From Candidatus Saccharimonadota bacterium (GTDB taxonomy: Bacteria > Patescibacteriota > Saccharimonadia > Saccharimonadales > UBA4665): a DNA stretch of 32,000 nt. The position numbers and the translations under genes are program-made. Positions 9,223 to 15,495 of this stretch are shown piece by piece (position 1 is the first letter of the stretch; each line of letters starts with the position of its first letter). Location: assembly GCA_016700375.1 (NCBI GenBank), contig CP065016.1, forward strand, positions 420,001-452,000, read 5' to 3'. The notes under the pieces are model-generated. The model had not been told where the DNA came from. It searched no databases and worked only from the letters and a program-made list of their open reading frames with translations.

Positions 9223-10292
9223 CACGAGTTTCGCACTCCCCAATTCTTTGCTAGCCTAGAAGCATGACGTCAGTCATGCTTTTTCGTAAACAAGGAAAAT
9301 AAACATGTCTCGTTCAAAATGTTCTCGTGAGCTGTACTGCTCATTCCTGGAGGTCACCTCCTCACGGTATTCTGCGCTCAGCTTGAGCGAAGTAGCCCCA
9401 GACAATGCCATGCTCTCTCACGACAGCGTCTCCCGTTGGCTAGCATCTGAAAAGATACAGCCCAAAGACCTGTGGCAAGCTGCCGCTAAGGAAGTTCGCG
9501 CCACTCCTGGCATTTTGGTCTTCGATGATGTCGTCATCGACAAAAGCCGAAGCGGCAAGATGGAGCTTGTGAACTGGCAGTATGCGGGAAGTAAGCATGA
9601 CATCACCAGAGGGATTGGCGTTGTAAATGCGTTGTGGCAAGTAGATACAGAACACTACATTCCTATGGACTACCGCATCTGGAACCCGCCAGAAGACGGC
9701 AAGACTAAGAATGATCACTTCCAGGATATGCTGAGTAGCACAAGACAGAGAGGGCTACGCCCGGAGATGGTTGTTGCGGATAGCTGGTACGGCTCTCTAA
9801 AAAACCTTAAGGCAGTTCGCTCTCATGGCTGGGACTGGGTCATGGGGCTGAGGAGCAACCGGTTAGTCGGTAAGCCACATATCCAGCTCAGAGAGTTAGA
9901 TATACCAGATACAGGCTTGGTGACATATCTGAAAGGCTATGGGTGGATCAGAGTCTTCCGGTTTGAGGCCAGTAACGGCCGCACGGATTATGTTGGTACA
10001 AGTCGTACTGACCTCACCCGCGAACAAGTCAAGAAATACTTCGAGCGCCGTTGGAGTGTCGAGGTACTGCATCGAGAGCTCAAACAAACCTGTGGCTTAT
10101 CCCGCTGTCAGGCCAATCTTGGCCGAGCCCAAAGAAACCACATTGGGTTAGCTTTGCTTACCTGGGTACGAAAACATAAGAGAAGGCTAATTGACCAAAC
10201 GACGCTATACCAACAAGATTGGGAGGTCATAAAACCAGGCATCCAGCTTGCGCTGGCTGCCCGGTTGAATGGGTGAAAGTGCGAAACTCGTG
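9223..10292 (+). mobile_element. complete IS element (IS701-like / IS4 superfamily), ~1070 bp
   Basis: 15-bp perfect terminal inverted repeats: CACGAGTTTCGCACT at 9223-9237 and AGTGCGAAACTCGTG at 10278-10292. A 5-bp direct target duplication AACTA flanks them (9218-9222 and 10293-10297). The element holds a single DDE transposase ORF. Confidence 0.88.
9305..10276 (+). CDS. DDE transposase (IS701-like)
   Basis: 323 aa with a DDE-type layout: LVFDDVVIDKSRSGKME...QYAGSKH, VVADSWYGS, and a C-terminal Y-x2-R-x3-E-x6-K-type motif (YFERRWSVEVLHRELKQ). Confidence 0.85.
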   Translation: MSRSKCSRELYCSFLEVTSSRYSALSLSEVAPDNAMLSHDSVSRWLASEKIQPKDLWQAAAKEVRATPGILVFDDVVIDKSRSGKMELVNWQYAGSKHDITRGIGVVNALWQVDTEHYIPMDYRIWNPPEDGKTKNDHFQDMLSSTRQRGLRPEMVVADSWYGSLKNLKAVRSHGWDWVMGLRSNRLVGKPHIQLRELDIPDTGLVTYLKGYGWIRVFRFEASNGRTDYVGTSRTDLTREQVKKYFERRWSVEVLHRELKQTCGLSRCQANLGRAQRNHIGLALLTWVRKHKRRLIDQTTLYQQDWEVIKPGIQLALAARLNG

Positions 10293-10758
10293 AACTATAA
10301 CACCGAGAATCGGAGCTCTGGCCTGGTTTTGGTTCCAAGGCCTTTTGGCAGCAAAAGGCCTTGGTCGGGGGCGCGGACGAGACCGCGCATGAATTAGAAG
10401 ATTCTTAACGATACTCATGATAACAGGAACGGAGAGTGAACAACCCCTCTAAACGTGTTGGCAAAAATACACTATGCGCGGGCTAAGCACGAGCGTATAG
10501 TGTGTAGTCCAGCCATGTGAGGACTTTTGGCTTCCAGTCATCTTTACCTTACAGACTTATTTACAGGCAATCACACTTCGGTCACTGTGCGCCTTCATTA
10601 CAATCAGGTTCCTTATTGGCACTCTTCGCGTCAAACGGTCGCAAGCGTGACAGGCACCTCCTCATAAAAACCCGTTGCCGAACAGAGATAATTCAGTTTC
10701 GGCTTTTTGTCGTCTCAAAGCTTTGATGACAAAAACCTAACGTAATGGAGGACTCACT

Positions 10759-11010
10759 ATGACCCAAACTATCAATCAAGAAGTTACTGTTAATGCCATC
10801 TATTTCTCTGGCGGCGATATGAAAACCTTTCCGCGCGAGATTGAATATGACGGCCGGGCGGTGGCATTTGCGAGCGGTCTGCGCTACCTCGTCCGCCGCG
10901 GCGCCGAAGCCCTGCAGCTGTTCGACATGAACGGGGAAGACGGCCTCATTTATCGCCTGAGTCGCCACGGCGACAATTGGACACTACTCGGGCTGAAAGG
11001 AGCATTCTAA
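10759..11010 (+). CDS. small hypothetical protein, first gene of the umuD/umuC-like cassette
   Basis: 83-aa ORF with a strong SD (GGAGG) 7 nt upstream of the ATG. Its stop overlaps a downstream ATG (TAATGA). Confidence 0.6.
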   Translation: MTQTINQEVTVNAIYFSGGDMKTFPREIEYDGRAVAFASGLRYLVRRGAEALQLFDMNGEDGLIYRLSRHGDNWTLLGLKGAF

Positions 11011-11013
11011 TGA

Positions 11014-11147
11014 GCCGGAAAGTATCGAGGCGACAGCCGAGCTTTAGGGGGAGGGGCGAGCAGACGAATTTAGTTCGGCTGCGAAGTAGAGGGGCAAGCC
11101 CCTCCTTAAAATGGACTCTGCTAGGGCTGAAAGGAGCATTCTAATGA
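11014..11147. repeat. family B element (inverted relative to the 31711 array) plus a 36-nt duplication of the gene junction
   Basis: 11030-11110 aligns to the reverse complement of the 113-bp unit at 31711 (CGAGGCGAyAGCCGAGCTTTAGGG ... CCTCCTT). The junction TGGAC.CT.CT.GGGCTGAAAGGAGCATTCTAATGA occurs twice, at 10978-11013 and 11112-11147. Confidence 0.7.
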
Positions 11148-11425
11148 AGCTATCACCCCAGCAATACCTCACAGAAGACCTTGCTCAAATACAACGCTAC
11201 TTCCCAGGAGCAAAACCAGTTGCACTCCGCACTCCCTTCGACCTGACACCGCCGCCAAAGCGAAAATTCCAAATCCCAAATGGCAAATTCCAAACAAATG
11301 CCAACGACCAAAACACAAAAGAGTCGCCCAAAAGCTCCTCGCGGAGTGATCCTGCTGCCATTTTTTTGTCTTATCTCATGACTCTTGACTCTGTGAGCCG
11401 GAGGCGAACCCGATGGATGGTGTAA
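11144..11425 (+). CDS. hypothetical protein whose C-terminal two-thirds is read through a family A repeat
   Basis: ATG at 11144 is preceded by AAAGGAG. 94 aa (MKLSPQQYLTEDLAQIQRYF...). Codons ~40-85 are the tandem heptamers AAATTCC/AAATCCC/AAATGGC plus the repeat core and right arm. It overlaps the next gene by 13 nt. Confidence 0.45.
   Translation: MKLSPQQYLTEDLAQIQRYFPGAKPVALRTPFDLTPPPKRKFQIPNGKFQTNANDQNTKESPKSSSRSDPAAIFLSYLMTLDSVSRRRTRWMV
11264..11397 (+). repeat. family A heptamer-armed element, copy inside ORF 11144-11425
   Basis: Tandem heptamers AAATTCC AAATCCC AAATGGC AAATTCC AAACAAA lie at 11264-11298. The core CAAAAGAGTCGCC resembles CAAAAAGTCGCC of the umuC copies. The right arm is TGTCTTATCTCATGACTCTTGACTCTG (11367-11393). 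Confidence 0.55.
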
Positions 11426-11766
11426 ATCTCCTTAGTAAAGCATCACTACAAACCGGCACCGCCGTAGCGACGCACAAAGGCTTTCCAAACCCAGCCGCCG
11501 AGCGCGGCCGCTCACTGCTTAGCCTGGACCGCTTACTGATACGTTCACCAAGCAGCACCTATTTTTTCCGTATACGCGGACACAACTGGCACCAGCTCGG
11601 CATATTTGACGGCGATATTGCCATTGTCGACCGAGCCCGCACACCAATCCCAGGTAAAATCGTCATCGCTGCAACAGATACGGGCGAGCTCGTTTTGAGC
11701 AAATGGGGTGAAATCCGTCTCGAAAATCTCTGGGGCGTCGTAACCGCCATAATTCATGAATTTTAA
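11413..11766 (+). CDS. umuD: UmuD-like S24-fold protein (LexA/UmuD C-terminal domain) lacking the Ser nucleophile
   Basis: 117 aa. GFPNPAAE...LDRLLIRSPSSTYFFRIRGHNW...GIFDGDIAIVDR...GKIVIAA...GELVLSKW aligns with UmuD GFPSPAADY...ATYFVKASGDSM...DGDLLIVD...GDIVIAA...GEFTVKKL. The GDSM motif is GHNW here. Confidence 0.8.
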   Translation: MDGVNLLSKASLQTGTAVATHKGFPNPAAERGRSLLSLDRLLIRSPSSTYFFRIRGHNWHQLGIFDGDIAIVDRARTPIPGKIVIAATDTGELVLSKWGEIRLENLWGVVTAIIHEF

Positions 11767-11771
11767 TGGAA

Positions 11772-11806
11772 AGAGGCAAGGAGTAAGAGATAAGAAGTAA
11801 GAGAAC
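11772..11806 (+). repeat. family A left-arm-type heptamer run (GGCAAGG AGTAAGA GATAAGA AGTAAGA GAACGGC)
   Basis: A purine-rich heptamer periodicity sits immediately after the umuD-like stop. It has the same TAAGAGA-type unit as the arms in umuC, but no matching right arm follows nearby. Confidence 0.45.
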
Positions 11807-11811
11807 GGCCA

Positions 11812-11999
11812 AAGGCCGCTTAACCAACAATCGCGCCAGCGATACAACTAAAGCCGGTCTTCGCGGAAGCTCACGGCGAAATCGTTGTAATACCAACTAA
11901 TCTTACAAAACCGAGGTCTGTCTGAGGAGCCTTAGGGCTGCCGTTGGCAGTCCTAAGGCGACGAGTTCCGCAGGTGATTGTTGGGCATTACAACGATTT
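11812..11999. repeat. family C intergenic structured repeat, copy 2
   Basis: 11812-11877 is ~80% identical to 9036-9100. A 20-bp long-range stem pairs GAAATCGTTGTAATACCAAC (11878-11897) with GTTGGGCATTACAACGATTTC (11979-11999). It encloses the hairpin CCTTAGGGCTGCC-gtt-GGCAGTCCTAAGG (11930-11958). Confidence 0.7.
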
Positions 12000-12105
12000 C
12001 CCGAGAGCTGAAGCGCTAGGCCGAGACTTTTTGCCTACTTTTTCTTCGGCAGAAAAAGTAGGTCGCCTGCAGGCGCGAGAGCCTGCATTTAGAAAGTTAC
12101 CAACC

Positions 12106-13626
12106 ATGTATGCACTTATAGATTCCAACAGTTTTTTCGTCAGCTGCGAACGCCTCTTCCGCCCAGACCTCGCAGACAAACCCGTCGTGGTACTTAGTAG
12201 TAACGACGGCTGCGCCATATCTCGCAGCAGCGAGGCCAAAGCTCTCGGTGTAAAAATGGGCGAACCCATCTTCAAGCTCCGCCAGAGATTTAGGGTTATC
12301 GACGGAAACCTAAAACGAGAGTTAAGAGATAAGAGGTATGAGATAAGATGGGAAGTTATGCCGCAAGGCGGCCCTCAAAAAGTCGCCTCCGGCGACACAT
12401 TTTCCACTCTTAACTCTTATCTCTTACATCATAATTCTGCTGAAAACGACCTCGTCGTTTTCTCTGCCAACTTCGAACTCTACGGCGACATATCTGAGCG
12501 CATTAGCACGCTCCTCACCAGCATTACACCGCATATAGAGCTCTACAGTATAGACGAAGCATTCCTTGACCTCAGCAAGCTCGACATAACCGACTATGAG
12601 ACCTGGGGCAAAGCAGTGCGTGCAAGTATTCTCAAAAACATTGGTATACCAGTGAGCGTTGGCATTGCCCCTACGAAAACCCTCTGCAAACTCGCCAACC
12701 ATTGGGCTAAAACTCACGAAAATACCAAAGGTGTTTTCGTGGTAGATATAAGAGATAAGAATCAAGAGTTAAGAAGAGAAGTTGTGCCGCAAAATGGCTC
12801 TCAAAAAGTCGCCTCCGGCGACACCGTTTCTAATCTTAACTCTTATCTCTTACTCCTTACCTCTACCTCCGTTGCCGACATCTGGGGCGTCGGCTGGCGG
12901 CTCGCACCCAAACTCAAAGCCGAGGGTATTTTCACCGCGCTTGGCCTCGCCCGCATGCGCCCCCAGCGCGCCCAACAGCTTATGGGTATTCATGGCCGCC
13001 ATATGGTGTATGAGCTAAACGGCACACGCTGCTTGCCGCTGCAAGCGCGCACCAAGCCGCAGCAGATGATTGCACGAGGGCGGCAATTTGGCAAAGATAC
13101 CAACGATTTCACCGTCGTGGAAGCTGCTGTGACGGCCCTGGCAAACCGTGCCACGCGTGAACTCCGCCGCGAAGGACAGCTCGCCACGCATGCCGCCGTG
13201 GTGCTGCGCACCAACCGACTCAAGCCAGGCTACACGACCACATTCGATAAAACCCGTTTTTACACCCCCACAGCCGACACAGGAGAGATTTGCAGCGCGC
13301 TTATCCGCACCCTAAGCCACAATTTTCAGCGTGGGCTCATGTACCACAAGGCAGATGTTATCCTGTACGACCTTACACCTGCCGCAAGCATCCAAACAGA
13401 TGTATTTGGCACGGTAGACCTCGCCCGCCACACCCGCTCACAAGCCCGTATGCAGGCCACCGATGCGCTCAATGCGAAACATGGCCCACACACCATTCGC
13501 TCGGCTGCCGAACTGCTCAGCAATGCCTGGCGCCCTCGCAGCAACATGCTCAGCCCCCGCTACACGAGTAGCTGGGATGAGCTACCTGCAGTAAAACTAC
13601 GCAGCAACCCTAGCACCAAGCCCTAA
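12106..13626 (+). CDS. umuC: Y-family translesion DNA polymerase (UmuC/DinB-like) carrying two in-frame repeat insertions
   Basis: MYALIDSNSFFVSCERLFRPDL...VVVLSSNDGC...SIDEAFLDL...IAPTKTLCKLANH...DIWGVG...MLSPRYTSSWDELP is collinear with E. coli UmuC. The start is set at ATG 12106. The ORF-track start at 11944 reads through the family C repeat. Confidence 0.9.
   Translation: MYALIDSNSFFVSCERLFRPDLADKPVVVLSSNDGCAISRSSEAKALGVKMGEPIFKLRQRFRVIDGNLKRELRDKRYEIRWEVMPQGGPQKVASGDTFSTLNSYLLHHNSAENDLVVFSANFELYGDISERISTLLTSITPHIELYSIDEAFLDLSKLDITDYETWGKAVRASILKNIGIPVSVGIAPTKTLCKLANHWAKTHENTKGVFVVDIRDKNQELRREVVPQNGSQKVASGDTVSNLNSYLLLLTSTSVADIWGVGWRLAPKLKAEGIFTALGLARMRPQRAQQLMGIHGRHMVYELNGTRCLPLQARTKPQQMIARGRQFGKDTNDFTVVEAAVTALANRATRELRREGQLATHAAVVLRTNRLKPGYTTTFDKTRFYTPTADTGEICSALIRTLSHNFQRGLMYHKADVILYDLTPAASIQTDVFGTVDLARHTRSQARMQATDALNAKHGPHTIRSAAELLSNAWRPRSNMLSPRYTSSWDELPAVKLRSNPSTKP
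12317..12437 (+). repeat. family A heptamer-armed hairpin element, in-frame copy 1 in umuC
   Basis: The left arm is TTAAGAG ATAAGAG GTATGAG ATAAGAT. The core holds the mini-hairpins GCCGCaagGCGGC and GTCGCCtccGGCGAC. The right arm is CTCTTAA CTCTTAT CTCTTAC. A perfect 13-bp inverted repeat pairs 12323-12335 with 12414-12426. Confidence 0.85.
12744..12870 (+). repeat. family A heptamer-armed hairpin element, in-frame copy 2 in umuC
   Basis: The core and right arm are ~85% identical to copy 1 (GAAGTTGTGCCGCAAAATGGCTCTCAAAAAGTCGCCTCCGGCGACACCGTTTCTAATCTTAACTCTTATCTCTTAC). The left arm is ATAAGAG ATAAGAA TCAAGAG TTAAGAA. Confidence 0.85.
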
Positions 13627-13869
13627 CACCGCATCACCGACACGATGCGCGACATCAACTGGCACGGGAGGCTTAAATTCTATGGTATTTCCAGTGATAG
13701 TAATTTCGCTAATCACGTCACCCAGCGCAGCTAAAATGTCCGGATGATTCCCGCGAATGTCTGTTGGCAACTCAGCAAGCCCACTAATTCTATCCAGACG
13801 TCCTCCGTCAGGACGCCCACCTGAAAATTTAGGTGGATGACTAATAGAAAAATGTTGAGATAGCGGCAT
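13597..13869 (-). CDS. hypothetical small protein
   Basis: 90-aa ORF with a good SD (AGGAG) 5-6 nt before the ATG. Its 3' end overlaps the umuC 3' end by 30 nt. No recognisable motif. Confidence 0.45.
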   Translation of the reverse strand: MPLSQHFSISHPPKFSGGRPDGGRLDRISGLAELPTDIRGNHPDILAALGDVISEITITGNTIEFKPPVPVDVAHRVGDAVLGLGARVAA

Positions 13870-13964
13870 GTTTTCTCCTATATCTACCTACAAGCATAGC
13901 ATTCATTGAATTATAAGGAAATTCGTACTGGCAAGAAAAAAATGACACTATCTGTCCTTATATC

Positions 13965-14735
13965 ATGCTAAGATGTATCTTACAAATGGCAGACATGTTT
14001 CGGTTTGAAGAAATTGGTTTAGAAACTCGTGACAAACGGGTGTATGAGGCGCTGGTAGCAAGCCCCCAGAGTAGTTTGCGGAAAATTGCGGCCGACACGG
14101 GCATAAACCGCGGCAGCGTCTACGAAAGCATGAAAAAACTGGCAGAGCAAGGGCTGGTTGGCTCTATAGAGGTTGGCAAACAGCGCCGCTACACCGCGAG
14201 CAATCCGGAAGTTATCATAGAACTTCTAAAAGAGCGCCAGCAGCAGGCAGCGGATGCTCAAAACGCGGCAGAAACATACATCTTGAACCTCCCCAAGCCG
14301 ATGCCAGATGAAGAAACGACTTCATTTGCCACCTTTTACGAAGACCATGAGGGCGTTGCCGCTATCTTGCGTGATGTGCTTGCTACCTGCCGTGAGCAAG
14401 AAACCCCAGCCTACCGCGTCATATCCACCAAGCGCGTCCGTCAGTATCTGTACCATAACTTTCCAAACTTTACGCAGCGCCGGATAGCCGATGGTATAAG
14501 CGTCCGTGTGATTGGCGTAGGGAAAGGCGGCGCCTCTGACGAACTCAGCGAGCGAAGAGAGTTTCCGGCTGCCCGCGGCGAAGCACCCAACTGCTACACG
14601 CTTATGTACGGCAACAAAACCGCCTTGATTACACTTGGCGACACAAACATCCTCTCGGCCATCGTCATCGACAACCCCGGCGTTACCCATATGCAAAAAG
14701 AACTCTTCGACCACCTATGGAGTACGCTCAATTAG
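13965..14735 (+). CDS. TrmB-family HTH transcriptional regulator
   Basis: N-terminal winged HTH typical of TrmB (FEEIGLETRDKRVYEALVASPQSSLRKIAADTGINRGSVYESMKKLAEQGLV) followed by a C-terminal effector-type domain. The true start may be the internal MADMFRF or MFRF. Confidence 0.8.
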   Translation: MLRCILQMADMFRFEEIGLETRDKRVYEALVASPQSSLRKIAADTGINRGSVYESMKKLAEQGLVGSIEVGKQRRYTASNPEVIIELLKERQQQAADAQNAAETYILNLPKPMPDEETTSFATFYEDHEGVAAILRDVLATCREQETPAYRVISTKRVRQYLYHNFPNFTQRRIADGISVRVIGVGKGGASDELSERREFPAARGEAPNCYTLMYGNKTALITLGDTNILSAIVIDNPGVTHMQKELFDHLWSTLN

Positions 14736-14742
14736 CCATTAT

Positions 14743-14844
14743 CGTGTAACGTGTCACATTGGATTGCCCAGTAACATGTAACGCCTGAATCTCATCGTTA
14801 CACGGAAATTGATAATCCCACGTGACATGTTACAGGTTACACGG
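14743..14844. promoter_or_regulatory. cluster of TGTAAC/GTTACA half-sites (candidate operator array) between the TrmB-type regulator and the methyltransferase gene
   Basis: CGTGTAAC at 14743-14750, CATGTAAC at 14775-14782, GTTACACGG at 14797-14805, CATGTTACA at 14826-14834, GTTACACGG at 14836-14844. CACGTG is at 14819-14824. Confidence 0.45.
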
Positions 14845-14856
14845 TAATCTAATTCG

Positions 14857-15495
14857 GTGCATATTCATCAGAACCTGATTACAAAATACCCCCTCATTTC
14901 TGAGCAGGTCAGTAAGCTGCAGGTAGAGGTTATCCTGCGTGAACTTACTCGAGTACTGGATGCAGGCGTCGAAGGCGACATAGTAGAATTTGGCTGTTAT
15001 ATCGGCACCACCAGCCTATTCATCCGCCGCCTCTTGGACAACCAACAAACCGCAAGCGTGAAAGGTCGGAGCTTTCACGCCCCGGAGTTCCATGTGTATG
15101 ACAGCTTCGAGGGGCTACCGGAAAAATCCGTCTGGGATGCCTCGCCGTCAGGGGAGCAGTTCACCGCGGGCGAATTAGCCGTCAGCAAAAAACAGTTTTT
15201 GCGTGAATTTCAAAAAGCTCACTTACAGCCACCTATTGTTCATAAAGGGTGGTTTAGTAGTCTCACCGAAAAAGACGTGCCAGAAAACATCTCATTCGCA
15301 TTCCTAGACGGTGACTTCTATGAAAGCATCCACGACTCGCTGCGACTAGTGCTGCCACGCATGCAAAAGGGAGGGGTGATAGTCGTCGATGATTACGCCC
15401 GAGAAGCACTACCTGGCGCCGCCAAAGCCGTACATGAATACTTCCAGTCAGAACATGTAAAGGCTGTACATAACCTTGGGGTTATATACCTATGA
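14857..15495 (+). CDS. class I SAM-dependent methyltransferase, TylF/MycF (macrocin-O-methyltransferase-like) family
   Basis: 212 aa with a GTG start. GDIVEFGCYIGTTS (SAM-binding loop), VYDSFEGLP and AFLDGDFYESIHDSL...GGVIVVDDY match the TylF-family signature blocks. Confidence 0.78.
   Translation: MHIHQNLITKYPLISEQVSKLQVEVILRELTRVLDAGVEGDIVEFGCYIGTTSLFIRRLLDNQQTASVKGRSFHAPEFHVYDSFEGLPEKSVWDASPSGEQFTAGELAVSKKQFLREFQKAHLQPPIVHKGWFSSLTEKDVPENISFAFLDGDFYESIHDSLRLVLPRMQKGGVIVVDDYAREALPGAAKAVHEYFQSEHVKAVHNLGVIYL

Noticed and set aside
10677-10703. Possible LexA/Cheo SOS box (CCGAAC...GTTTCGG) upstream of the umuDC-like cassette
   Set aside because: The half-sites are separated by ~12-15 nt rather than 4. 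The sequence fits better as a stem-loop followed by a T-tract.
10227-10726. 63-aa (minus strand) and 69-aa (plus strand) ORFs in the intergenic region after the IS
   Set aside because: There is no SD. One spans the IS end and a long hairpin (the RPRPRPRP run comes from the GC hairpin). The other starts with GTG inside structured DNA.
11111-11143. Upstream start (ATG 11111) for the 94-aa ORF
   Set aside because: These codons lie inside the duplicated junction and family B element. The ATG at 11144 has the AAAGGAG SD and reproduces the original TAATGA stop/start overlap.
11944-12105. N-terminal extension of the umuC ORF (ORF-track start at 11944)
   Set aside because: The extension uses a non-ATG start and reads through the family C repeat and hairpins. 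Homology to UmuC begins exactly at M55 (ATG 12106, MYALIDSNSFF).
12317-12870. Inteins or self-splicing introns as an explanation for the umuC insertions
   Set aside because: The inserts are only ~120 nt (~40 aa). They lack intein splice-junction residues and blocks, and they lack group I/II intron core elements (no domain V-like hairpin, no IEP). RNA-level removal by an unknown mechanism cannot be excluded from sequence alone.
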